Origin: a virus
Reading direction: 5' to 3' (one strand)
IMG/VR virus record: IMGVR_UViG_3300028025_004617
Span: 39,959-103,958 of that record
Length of the DNA stretch: 64,000 bases
How positions within the stretch are numbered: the first letter of the stretch is position 1; the number at the start of each line of letters is the position of its first letter. This document shows, piece by piece, positions 41,236-51,092 of the stretch. Below the pieces are notes generated by a model, which was given only the letters and a program-made list of their open reading frames with translations, made no database searches and was not told where the DNA came from. The translations under genes were made by a program, and so were the position numbers.

Positions 41236-44129
41236 CTTTCAGATACGTGTAAAATTAAATCACCATTATCGTTACCGATAATTTCGTCTTCATTACTTAC
41301 AGTACTCGCCGCTTGTAATTGTAAGACTTTTCTGTTATGGTCAACCCAATATTGGTCAGCCAATTCGAGACTATCTTCAACATACATAAAGAATGGGTCA
41401 CGACCGACCTTATTCCAAAACACGACTTCACTATCAGATAATGTCATAACTTCATCAAACTTATCTTGACCACTTTCTTTTAATGGATAACCATTAACCA
41501 ATTCACATTGAGTCTTTGTAAAGTATTGTCTATCTTTAGGGTCCTCAATTAAAATATCTTCTCTAATTTCGGGTTTAAATGCAACTAACAATGGTTCTAC
41601 TCGTTTATTAAAGTTATTAAGATAACGAGCCACATTATAATCACCCAATAAGTCAGGATTCTCGGTAATTTCTTTTTCAGGAATCATATAACAATTCACC
41701 TCAATATAACCATCAGGCATCGGATACCCATTTTTAGCGGTAAACTCTTCTTGTTGTTTTTTTGTTGGTTTTGTTACCTTCTGTACATCACCCGATGATT
41801 TTTTAATTCCATTATTAACATAGAAAATTGTATCACCTAAACCTGCAGGATAATCATTCTGTAAGATTAATTCCATATGTGCCTGTCTAGACATTAATGA
41901 ACCCGCCTTCGTAGTCTTTTGAATGTGTTTTTTATAATCACTAACAGATTGTTTCACACGAGCTTTGTTTGCAATTTTAGCTAAAGGAATTTCTTTATTA
42001 TAAATCTTCTCTACATAATTGTAATATAATTCCACAAAAGAATGTCCATCACCATTTAACAAATACTTTAAACCTTCATCTAAAAATTCAACAACATATG
42101 TTTGTAATTTTTTAGACTTAATGGTGTTACCTGTTAATTTAATTTTTTCTTTACCTTTCTTAATTAACTTGATGATGTAATTTTTACGTGACACGTTAAT
42201 ACATGCAGGTGCCGTATAATCAATATCAAGACCCATTTCATTTCTCATGAAAATATCATTAAACTCTGCAGTGTGAGCTTCGATACCTTTATATTCTTTA
42301 CCTTCTTTAACAAGTTCATTAAGACCCTTACCTACATACACAGCATCGGCTGCACTATCGGGAGTTTCAAAGTTTACACCATCCGTATCCATTACAAGAG
42401 GTTTATAACCTTTTTGCATGTAGAACATAATCATCATACGTAAACATTGACGACCGATACATGTGATAGTTTCACCCGAATCCATTTCACCCCAAGGGAA
42501 TACGTGTGGTGCAGATAATGAACCAAAATAAGCGTTAATAAAAATCTTAATTGGTAATTGTTTTCGGTCATACATTTCTGCAGCAACAGGATCACTATCC
42601 TTTAATTCACCAGCGAGATGTTTATATTTGATACGAATGTTACGGAAATATTTTAACATTGATTTTTGTACACCCATAACATCACAATCAGGGAACACAT
42701 CATATACAAGTTGAATAGACGGATAGAGTGATGAATAGTCAAACTTAACAATGTTCTTAGCGTAACCAACATTTAATAAACGAGACAAACCACCCGTAAA
42801 TGGTCTCTTATCATCTTTTTCTGGAATCGCTAAATTGTGTTCATATGACCACGCTAACATGATAATCTTCCACAATGTTGCGGTACCCATTGTTGCAATT
42901 CTTTCATATGTGGTAGGTACCAATTTAGAAAGTAAGAATGTTGATTGAGAGAATGAATCATCAACGACCATTGTCTCGTATAAGTCATCATCAAGGTATT
43001 GTTCTACAATTTTTCTACCCGGCCATATCTCAAACTTACCAGGGAATCTATCCATCAATCTTTCGGTGCCGGGTTCACCAATCTTTTTGTAACCACCAGT
43101 CTTAGGATTTACATAATAACTTTCATTATCTAAATAAATTTTAGATATTTGATTACCTTCAACATACACACGATTTGGTTTTTCCTTTTCCAAGTATGTT
43201 GTGATATATTTCAAACCCCACGATTTAATCTCAGAGTTAATTGCTTGAGCTCTACGAACGGAGTGAGCAATATCAATAATATTAAACCCCCAAATTACAT
43301 GTTGAGTATAATCCTCAATTTCATTGGCAAGTTTTAACATTCCCTTTTTTTCTTTAATTCCTGTCGATGTGAATATTTGTGTTAATCCATTAACATCCAC
43401 CCCAAGTATTTGTGCTCGTTTTAAAATAAACGGCCAGTCAAAGAACGCTGAGTTATATCCCGCAACGATTGTTGGTTTTAAATCTTTAATATATTGTAAA
43501 AATCTCTCAATACATTTCTTTTCACCATCCTCACCAAAAGCGGGGATTGTTTCCTGCAGACCACGATTATCCTTAACTCCAATCAAAATGATTTTACAAG
43601 TTTCAGGATCTAGACCCGTGGTCTCAATATCGAATACAAATCGATAAACATCGCCATAATCTTCAATTCCTTTAAACAATCGTTTTCTTGTTTGAACAAG
43701 ATATTGTTCAACAGGAGATAAAATAGTAAAATGTTTCCTTACGTCTTCACCCCACGGGTCAAGTCCACCTGTCTTAAAAAAATTGATTAAATCGGTATAA
43801 CTCTTAATACTTTTAACTAAGAATTTCATACCATTCTCCAATCGTTTATTACCATGTGTTTCTAACTTCTCAATGATAATCCCATACTTACCCATCATCT
43901 GTTTTTGGGTTGATTTGGAGTTACCATAAAAGTTTAGGTTAGATAAGTCACCAACCCATAAAAATGGTACGAACGAATCTGTTTTAACGATTTTACCCTT
44001 TATTGGGTCTTGAATAATTTTGGATATTGAGTTGGAGGGGTAGTCATATTCGACACCTACGATGTATTTCTCATCGTCACCCCCATTTAGAAAGTTTTCG
44101 ATAACTTCCTGAGAGATAACTTCTTTCAT
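41232..44129 (-). CDS. DNA polymerase family B
   Basis: ExoI FDIETTG, ExoII GYNSAFFDWPFI, motif A DYSSLYPS, motif B KIFINAYFG, motif C MDTDG, KNY. Confidence 0.97.
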   Translation of the reverse strand: MKEVISQEVIENFLNGGDDEKYIVGVEYDYPSNSISKIIQDPIKGKIVKTDSFVPFLWVGDLSNLNFYGNSKSTQKQMMGKYGIIIEKLETHGNKRLENGMKFLVKSIKSYTDLINFFKTGGLDPWGEDVRKHFTILSPVEQYLVQTRKRLFKGIEDYGDVYRFVFDIETTGLDPETCKIILIGVKDNRGLQETIPAFGEDGEKKCIERFLQYIKDLKPTIVAGYNSAFFDWPFILKRAQILGVDVNGLTQIFTSTGIKEKKGMLKLANEIEDYTQHVIWGFNIIDIAHSVRRAQAINSEIKSWGLKYITTYLEKEKPNRVYVEGNQISKIYLDNESYYVNPKTGGYKKIGEPGTERLMDRFPGKFEIWPGRKIVEQYLDDDLYETMVVDDSFSQSTFLLSKLVPTTYERIATMGTATLWKIIMLAWSYEHNLAIPEKDDKRPFTGGLSRLLNVGYAKNIVKFDYSSLYPSIQLVYDVFPDCDVMGVQKSMLKYFRNIRIKYKHLAGELKDSDPVAAEMYDRKQLPIKIFINAYFGSLSAPHVFPWGEMDSGETITCIGRQCLRMMIMFYMQKGYKPLVMDTDGVNFETPDSAADAVYVGKGLNELVKEGKEYKGIEAHTAEFNDIFMRNEMGLDIDYTAPACINVSRKNYIIKLIKKGKEKIKLTGNTIKSKKLQTYVVEFLDEGLKYLLNGDGHSFVELYYNYVEKIYNKEIPLAKIANKARVKQSVSDYKKHIQKTTKAGSLMSRQAHMELILQNDYPAGLGDTIFYVNNGIKKSSGDVQKVTKPTKKQQEEFTAKNGYPMPDGYIEVNCYMIPEKEITENPDLLGDYNVARYLNNFNKRVEPLLVAFKPEIREDILIEDPKDRQYFTKTQCELVNGYPLKESGQDKFDEVMTLSDSEVVFWNKVGRDPFFMYVEDSLELADQYWVDHNRKVLQLQAASTVSNEDEIIGNDNGDLILHVSES

Positions 44130-44192
44130 GTTTTATATTTTTTAAATGTGACGTATTAGCTTACCATTAAATGGTAGTTTGTCTTAACATTA

Positions 44193-44200
44193 CAAATATA
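44193..44200 (-). promoter_or_regulatory. Bacteroidota-type -7 promoter box (TATATTTG) for the DNA polymerase gene
   Basis: Matches TAnnTTTG about 64 nt upstream of the ATG; no convincing -33 TTTG. Confidence 0.5.
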
Positions 44201-44216
44201 AACAAAAAGTTGTAAT

Positions 44217-44585
44217 TTAAAAAATATTAATAAATAATCTTTCTTTAACAGGTAAAATAAGCTTGGTTGTGTCGTTTCCGTTAGTGTCCTTAAATTGAAT
44301 TGTAATCTTACCTTCGAATTTACCTGAATTTAAAGTATGTTCTTCTGTAAATCTATGTGTTATATAATATTCGTCTGTGGTTTGATTATATAATTTGGTT
44401 CTTGTTGTGATATAACATGGTGAATCTAAAATAACAGGTGCATCTGTTTTCACATCTGACATTTCAAATGTTATGTCAGCGTTTTCCAATAAATCATTAA
44501 ACGATGACTTATCGTTTTTACCGTCGTCAATCATTCTCATTTTTAATATTGGGTCAGATGCACCTTGTCTGATAAAAAATTCCAT
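44217..44585 (-). CDS. BppU N-terminal-like Ig-fold virion protein
   Basis: FFIRQGASDPIL...ITFEM...GKFEGKITIQF...LILP...LFINI pattern. Confidence 0.6.
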   Translation of the reverse strand: MEFFIRQGASDPILKMRMIDDGKNDKSSFNDLLENADITFEMSDVKTDAPVILDSPCYITTRTKLYNQTTDEYYITHRFTEEHTLNSGKFEGKITIQFKDTNGNDTTKLILPVKERLFINIF

Positions 44586-44827
44586 TACTTAATTTTTAAA
44601 ATAAATTCGTTACCAGATAAAAATGGTAACACATCCTCATTCTTTAATTCATCTGACATATAGTAAAATTCTTCTTTTACTATTTCAAATGGTAATTTTA
44701 ATTCGCCCTTAATAACATTTTTAACGTGCTCAACCGTTAACGGTTCATTAGTTTGAAATGTCTTTTGAAATCTTTTTAATCTATCTTTGTTCTTGATGAT
44801 ATTAACATCAACGTCTAATATTTTCAT
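44585..44827 (-). CDS. Hypothetical protein (80 aa)
   Basis: Coupled to the downstream gene by TAATG overlap. Confidence 0.65.
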   Translation of the reverse strand: MKILDVDVNIIKNKDRLKRFQKTFQTNEPLTVEHVKNVIKGELKLPFEIVKEEFYYMSDELKNEDVLPFLSGNEFILKIK

Positions 44828-44841
44828 AATTTATATTTTTT

Positions 44842-46944
44842 TTAGTCAGAATTATAAATGTAATCGTTTATTTCGGTATCAACATCACCAGTTTGGAATT
44901 CTAAAGATGTTATATTATCTTCACTAACCAAATAAATTTCGGCAATACCATTGACATTACCATTTCTTACAATAAATCTTTCATTAACACCCCAAGTATC
45001 GGACCAACCTGTCCAAGTTGTTGTTGCACTATTCAATAGTGTACCTGCAAAGTTGTATAATCTAATTTTAACCGTGTCATTATCGTTATAATCTTGATAA
45101 ACAAACATAAATTTAGTTTTGCCAACATTAATAGAAAAATCGGTATACTCAGGAAAGAAAAATTCTTGTGTTATACCCGTTGAACTTAATATTCTAAAAC
45201 CTAAATCACCATCTGTAAATAATACCATTTCGGTATTTTCTTTGAACGTATCACTAGCGTATGTCGAAGGTGTACTGGTGGTACCATAGTAATCTGTTTG
45301 TGTAAAACCGGTAGTGCCGCTATACACATAGAATCCTATATTACCCTCAGATTGAATACTAATGTAGGCGTTTTGACCCTGACTATCAGCACCTGATGCG
45401 TATGCACTAATTAAACTATAGTTGTCCAATGTATCCGTAACAACACCTAATTGGTTTATGTATTTGTATGTTACGTTATTTCCGTCGTTTGTCCAAATTT
45501 GATGTATTGATTTATTACCTAAATAATAATCATTGTACCCATTAACGTCCACGGCGTTAATATTCAAACTTTCTATTCGTGTACTACCGGACATAATGGT
45601 TAATACAGAAGCAACACCATCACCGTTTACACAAGCAACTCTAAATATATCACTTAATTGTCCCCAACTGGAGATTCTTTTTCCTGAATCATCATTGGCA
45701 AACGTATATGTGGTAAATGATGTTTGATTGTTAAACATATACATAATATCACAAAACGCAACTTCTTGACCATAATTGGTACCATTACCATTATTATAAA
45801 ATTGAATTACAATAGCGCCATTATTTCTATCTGTACTAGTTGACCAAAAATTACGGTCACCGTTCATATTGATATTGACATATTCAGTACCTCTATTATG
45901 TGATGTTTCAATTAATGTTTGTGTGTCACCATTATAGTGTACAATTTTATATGCAACGTTTACATCGTTGTTATTGTAGAAAGCTATAGTATGTTTATTT
46001 GCTCCGTGAAAAATACCGTCATAACTATTATATGTTGCACCTGTTAATGAAATGGTTTCTAAAATAGTTCCGGCAGAGTCATATATTTGATAATTTGTAT
46101 ACGTGTCACCGCTTGTACTGGTTAAAACGTGAATAGTGTCGTTTGATGGTACCATATGATGTCTAACCCACGTCCCATCGGTCCAAGTTTTAAATAATGA
46201 AGTTGTACCATCGTTCGGGTTAACGATATATGATGAGCCGTTACCATTATACGTCCAACCACTTAAAGGTTCTACCTCTCTTTTTTTGATGATAAATGTA
46301 CCATCAGATGTTATAGCATCATAATCCCATTCAATATCTATGTAATGTGTATCGGGGTCCCAAGTGTATGTGTAAACCGATACACCATCTGAATATTTCA
46401 ACACACCATTGTTTACATCCTCATATGTCACCCATCTACCTTCTAATGAATTCCTACTTCTATTTGAGGTGGTTCCGGTATATCTACCTATTTCAATATT
46501 ATTAGCGTCTGTAAATATTACTATTCTTTCATCTTCAGTTGCATCATCTCTAAATTCGTACATATAACCCGAATTTGTTAATTCGTTTATACCATTACAA
46601 TAATAAAGAGTACTATCAATATTCAAATCTACGATTTCGGCGGTAAAGTCGTTAAAATTTAACATTCCGACACCAAAGTCATCCGACCCAACCATTCTAG
46701 CAACATAAACAAATGATTGAATACTTAAATCTGGTTCATCTACGGTTAATGTGTATGTATAATCGTACTCAGCAAAGTAAAGGTTATAAACACCATACGG
46801 GTGTGTGTTAATGTTATTGAAAGGTATTGTCTTGGTTCCAAGGTTTACTGTGGAACCTGATGTTGACCCCGTATATGGTATAAACGTAACTGTTGCCGTC
46901 TTACCGCTTAGATTTTCACTTGTTATTCTTGCTCCTATTGCCAT
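44842..46944 (-). CDS. Beta-rich virion protein (700 aa), possible receptor-binding or propeller protein
   Basis: Tyr/Thr/Asn/Gly-rich; late motif upstream; about 12 [ST]Gx[ST] motifs. Confidence 0.55.
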   Translation of the reverse strand: MAIGARITSENLSGKTATVTFIPYTGSTSGSTVNLGTKTIPFNNINTHPYGVYNLYFAEYDYTYTLTVDEPDLSIQSFVYVARMVGSDDFGVGMLNFNDFTAEIVDLNIDSTLYYCNGINELTNSGYMYEFRDDATEDERIVIFTDANNIEIGRYTGTTSNRSRNSLEGRWVTYEDVNNGVLKYSDGVSVYTYTWDPDTHYIDIEWDYDAITSDGTFIIKKREVEPLSGWTYNGNGSSYIVNPNDGTTSLFKTWTDGTWVRHHMVPSNDTIHVLTSTSGDTYTNYQIYDSAGTILETISLTGATYNSYDGIFHGANKHTIAFYNNNDVNVAYKIVHYNGDTQTLIETSHNRGTEYVNINMNGDRNFWSTSTDRNNGAIVIQFYNNGNGTNYGQEVAFCDIMYMFNNQTSFTTYTFANDDSGKRISSWGQLSDIFRVACVNGDGVASVLTIMSGSTRIESLNINAVDVNGYNDYYLGNKSIHQIWTNDGNNVTYKYINQLGVVTDTLDNYSLISAYASGADSQGQNAYISIQSEGNIGFYVYSGTTGFTQTDYYGTTSTPSTYASDTFKENTEMVLFTDGDLGFRILSSTGITQEFFFPEYTDFSINVGKTKFMFVYQDYNDNDTVKIRLYNFAGTLLNSATTTWTGWSDTWGVNERFIVRNGNVNGIAEIYLVSEDNITSLEFQTGDVDTEINDYIYNSD

Positions 46945-47026
46945 AGTTTGTTAATTTTTGTCTATTATAAATACTTTATTTTGTTGTATCTTTTATTATT
47001 TGTTATTTTTTATTTTTTATTTTAGT

Positions 47027-50014
47027 TTATAATCCATATGTTGTTTTTATTCCATTAAAGTTGGTGGTAACTTCCGATGAACTTAAAGCCTTATTGTAAA
47101 CTCTCATTTGATAAAATACCGGTTGATTTGATGAAGTACTATTATTTAACACATCCGTTGCACCGGTTCCCACGTTAGTATGTCTTGCACCGAAATAAAA
47201 ATTACCGGTGGCGTAACCTCCAGCTGGATTATTTAGTGTTACCGTTGAACCTAATAATGTTCCATTTAAGTATAAACTCTTACTCGTACCATCGATAACA
47301 AACACCCAATGTCTAATAGCATTACTCGCGGTTATGGTTGCGGTTGTTGTATTGGTAGTAGGTGAACCCCAAATTAAACTTGTAGAAGTTCCCATATAAG
47401 CAAAATAACCTTTACTAAAACTATATGCTTCATTTCCCCAAATGGTGGACCAATATGATGTTGGATTAAACGACGCCACTATTTCAATGGTTGAAGTTGC
47501 ACCACTAATATTATATGGAACACTAATATAACCGGTACCGCTAAAATCAGTATTATTTAATTTTATACCTCCACCATTATTAGAAACATATGTGTAACTT
47601 CCGTTAATTGTTGCATTTTTACCATTTCCACTAGCGTCAGTCCAAACTGCTCCTGAAGATGGTGCAGTTTGTAAATAAAATTGAAGATCGGAAGGTGTTG
47701 TTGTAGCCGTTGGAGTTGGTGTACTCGTAGGTGTCGAGATAGGGGTTGCCGTTGATGTAGGTGTAGGTGTAGAAGTAGGTGCTGGTGTCTCAATTACTAA
47801 TCTAATTGAATCACTTCCCCAACTATATGTATAAGTACCAGGAGTTAATCCCATACTTGTTATTGTTTTGTTTGCAAATGTTACAGTACCACTTAATGGA
47901 CTACCTGAAGTGTAACCAATTGGTACAATAATATCTTTACCTAGTGAACCATTTTGGATACCAAATGCATCACCCGTAAATGATGTTGGTGCGGTATAAC
48001 CTGAACCGAAACTAGTTGGATAGGTATTAAATGCATTACCTTGATATTTTCTACCAAAAAATGATGAAGATGGTCCAATTGCCCAAGTTCCTAACGTACC
48101 ATTAATACCCCAGCCAGCTTGCACCGAACCTTCAACTAACCCCGTAAGATTAAGCGAACCTGAGCCTGACATTATAACGTCAGAACCAACCTCTGAAATT
48201 GTCACTATAAGACCTGGTGGTTGTGTTGTTGGTGTAGGCGTTGGGGTAGGTGTACTTGTTGGTGTAGGCGTTGGAGTACTTGTTGACGTTGGAGTAGGGG
48301 TTGATGTTGGTTGAGCAAACACCGCTTGTAATGTTCCTGTACTACCTGTAACATATACTACCGTGAAAGGTGTTGATGCTGCGGGTAAATTAATACCAGT
48401 TCCTGACCAATATAAGAAATTACCACTACTATTATTTACACTAATTGTATATTGTTGATTTTTAACTAACCCATAAGAAATGTTTGATGTGAATGTTTCA
48501 CCATCAAAAACAATTGCCGGCGTTCCATCTGGTACTATAATATTCAATACCGCACCTTCAGGTGTTGGTGTCGGTGTAGACGTAGCCGTTGGAGTTGGTG
48601 TTGCCGTTGATGTAGGTGTTGGCGTTGGTGTTTCCGTCAATGTTGGTGTAGGTGTTGGCGTTGCGTCCGGACTCCAAAGCATCGAAAGAGTTTGGTTTTC
48701 AGCATTTACTTGTACCGTTGCAACTTGATTTTCCCAGCCTGTAACCACTAAAAATGGTGGATTATCACTCCATCCATTCCACGTATATCCACTTTGACCA
48801 ACTGCTGTTATATTATATGTTTGAAGTGGGTCAACGTAAATTGTTGTAGTGGATTCATATGTTGTACCATCAAAAATAATTGCTAAATCACCACCAAAAA
48901 TAGATAAACTCAGAGGATATAATATTGTTGTTGGCGTAGGCGTAGGTGTACTTGTTGATGTCGGAGTTGGAGTCGGGGTAGGGGTTGATGGACAAGTCCC
49001 ACAATCAGTCCTATATGTTGCAACATTAGTACCATCCATATTAACGGTTTTATAATAACCATTATGAACAATCGTTCCCCAACCACTAAAACCAAATCCA
49101 TCTCCATTTGTTACAAAAATATTTGATTCACAGAACGTTGGTCCATCACCAGTCACATAAAATCTTGGACACGAATTCTCAGGGCAATTACAAGTTCCTT
49201 CAACATCATCCTCACCTAATTTTATTTCACCATAGAATACTGTTGGTGGTCTTAATACACTATATTCTAAATCGTTATTTGGAATTAATGTATATGATAA
49301 ATCTGTGTTTGGTATTAATGTATAATTAATATCATTATTTGGTATTTCAATTGGATTTAAATCATTGTCAGGTAATAAAACATATGTTAAATCACCATCG
49401 GGAATTAAACTGAATAATAAATCATTATTTGGAATTAATGTATGTGTTAAATCATTAGTTGGTATTAATGTATAAGTTAAATCATCGTTTGGAATTAACA
49501 AATACACTAAATCATTATTTGGAATTAATGTATAAGTTAAATCGTTATTTGGTATAATAACGTATGTGAAATCGTTTTCGGGTATAGATGGTGTTAACGT
49601 CGGAGTTGGCGTTGGCGTAGAACAAGCAACATCACTGCAATCTAAAACATCCCTTAAATCATCTAAATCATAATCAAATTCTGGACCTAAATCAAGACCT
49701 ACAATTTCATAACATACACCATTTCCAAGACTATAAGTTATTCCTGTTAATCCACTTGTTAAACTTCTACCTATTTTATTGTGTGTTTGATCACAATCCC
49801 TTAAAAAGTAATAATAATATGTTATTTGAGTTTCGGTTGGTGTCGGTGTAGGTGTGGGAGTACTAGTTCCTGTTGGTGTTGGTGGAATATTGGTTGCTGT
49901 AGGTGTTGGAGTTGGGGTAAAAGTTGGCGTAGGAGTCGGTCTGATTTGACCGTCGTTGGGTCTAACCACAAAAATTCTAGTTGCACCAACTCGTGATGAT
50001 ATTTTACTTATCAT
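47027..50014 (-). CDS. Modular mucin-like surface fibre: PT linkers, 10-aa repeats, Cys modules, C-terminal LamG domain
   Basis: Six PTPT tracts, 11x IPNNDLTYTL-type repeat, C-terminal HWVFV..SLYLNG..MRVYNKALSSSEV LamG-like domain. Confidence 0.75.
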   Translation of the reverse strand: MISKISSRVGATRIFVVRPNDGQIRPTPTPTFTPTPTPTATNIPPTPTGTSTPTPTPTPTETQITYYYYFLRDCDQTHNKIGRSLTSGLTGITYSLGNGVCYEIVGLDLGPEFDYDLDDLRDVLDCSDVACSTPTPTPTLTPSIPENDFTYVIIPNNDLTYTLIPNNDLVYLLIPNDDLTYTLIPTNDLTHTLIPNNDLLFSLIPDGDLTYVLLPDNDLNPIEIPNNDINYTLIPNTDLSYTLIPNNDLEYSVLRPPTVFYGEIKLGEDDVEGTCNCPENSCPRFYVTGDGPTFCESNIFVTNGDGFGFSGWGTIVHNGYYKTVNMDGTNVATYRTDCGTCPSTPTPTPTPTSTSTPTPTPTTILYPLSLSIFGGDLAIIFDGTTYESTTTIYVDPLQTYNITAVGQSGYTWNGWSDNPPFLVVTGWENQVATVQVNAENQTLSMLWSPDATPTPTPTLTETPTPTPTSTATPTPTATSTPTPTPEGAVLNIIVPDGTPAIVFDGETFTSNISYGLVKNQQYTISVNNSSGNFLYWSGTGINLPAASTPFTVVYVTGSTGTLQAVFAQPTSTPTPTSTSTPTPTPTSTPTPTPTPTTQPPGLIVTISEVGSDVIMSGSGSLNLTGLVEGSVQAGWGINGTLGTWAIGPSSSFFGRKYQGNAFNTYPTSFGSGYTAPTSFTGDAFGIQNGSLGKDIIVPIGYTSGSPLSGTVTFANKTITSMGLTPGTYTYSWGSDSIRLVIETPAPTSTPTPTSTATPISTPTSTPTPTATTTPSDLQFYLQTAPSSGAVWTDASGNGKNATINGSYTYVSNNGGGIKLNNTDFSGTGYISVPYNISGATSTIEIVASFNPTSYWSTIWGNEAYSFSKGYFAYMGTSTSLIWGSPTTNTTTATITASNAIRHWVFVIDGTSKSLYLNGTLLGSTVTLNNPAGGYATGNFYFGARHTNVGTGATDVLNNSTSSNQPVFYQMRVYNKALSSSEVTTNFNGIKTTYGL
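49256..49585 (-). repeat. 11 x 30-bp coding tandem repeat (IPNNDLTYTL)
   Basis: Visible in both DNA (aaatcattatttggaattaa units) and protein. Confidence 0.9.
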
Positions 50015-50020
50015 ATTATA

Positions 50021-51079
50021 TTAACCAAATGTTGTAAAAGTACCTAAGATATTCCAAGATGAACCAACTCTGAGTGCGGTTAATCCTATTACATCAGTTT
50101 TATTTGAATTACCTATCGGTGACTCATTATTAGCCCAACTAACGGTTATGTTTTCATTATTTAATTTATATGATGTGGCAACATAAGGTGTTAATCCTTG
50201 TTTTATAATAAAAGTTAAGGAAACCGCATTTAAATTTTCGGTTGGGACATTTGACACATTATAAACATTATCACCTAATGAACCTGACAAATAAAACACA
50301 GACCCACTATTATAATTAAACTCATAAGATGATGTTCCACCACTAACCTGAAGTACTATTTTTTCATTTACACTACCAATGTTAAGTGAACCGTCAATTG
50401 ACAAATCGTCTTGTGATTTTATACTTCCACTAAATTCGTACATGTAACCCTCAGTAAATGACGGGGTATTAAAAGTTACTTGACTACCTGTGTGTACCGT
50501 TACTTGTGGAGTTTCCCAACTATTTTCGGCAAATAAATGTAATTTTGCCGGATGATTAGTACCCCCAACGGTTCCGATATATAAGTCTTTACCGACATTT
50601 AAAAGATATGCATCATTTTCACCACCTACAAGACCTCCTGTATACGTTGACGAATTAATACCCAAATTAACAAAATGAACCCCTTCGGTTCCGTTATCTG
50701 CAGTTAAAACTAAATCGGTACTCGCATTACCACCCGAATTTGTATTTTTTATGTTTACCTGTGCATAATACTGATTGTTCGACTCAAAATGTGCAATGTT
50801 GTAACTACCACTATTTTGTACATGTAGTATCTCAGGGTTATCAACATGGATAGACCCCGTACCAACAATCAACGATTTGATTGAGCCTGTAATTGTTAAA
50901 TTACCATTAATGTGTTGACTACCCGTAAAATAATGTGAACCACTATCTACTAACTTTAGTCTTAAATCACTTAACGAGTGTTGAAGTGTTAATCCGGAGT
51001 AAACGACTGCCGTTACTCCACTTAATGGTAAATTGGATAATGAACCACTATTTAATTCCGTTATTTTTTTCCCTGCCAT
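50021..51079 (-). CDS. Tail-fibre-like virion protein (352 aa)
   Basis: N-terminal KKITELN motif, FTGSQHINGNLTITGS fibre repeat, C-terminal LTFIIKQG..VSW..TDVIGL beta-domain. Confidence 0.65.
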   Translation of the reverse strand: MAGKKITELNSGSLSNLPLSGVTAVVYSGLTLQHSLSDLRLKLVDSGSHYFTGSQHINGNLTITGSIKSLIVGTGSIHVDNPEILHVQNSGSYNIAHFESNNQYYAQVNIKNTNSGGNASTDLVLTADNGTEGVHFVNLGINSSTYTGGLVGGENDAYLLNVGKDLYIGTVGGTNHPAKLHLFAENSWETPQVTVHTGSQVTFNTPSFTEGYMYEFSGSIKSQDDLSIDGSLNIGSVNEKIVLQVSGGTSSYEFNYNSGSVFYLSGSLGDNVYNVSNVPTENLNAVSLTFIIKQGLTPYVATSYKLNNENITVSWANNESPIGNSNKTDVIGLTALRVGSSWNILGTFTTFG

Positions 51080-51092
51080 TTAGATAAATAGT

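Noticed and set aside
8177-44129. Introns, inteins or homing endonucleases in nrdA, nrdB, helicase or polymerase
   Set aside because: ORFs are continuous and of ordinary length; no intein or LAGLIDADG/HNH/GIY-YIG motifs seen.
49256-49585. 30-bp periodic repeat as a possible CRISPR array
   Set aside because: No unique spacers; it is an in-frame coding repeat with codon-level variation, and no cas genes are present.
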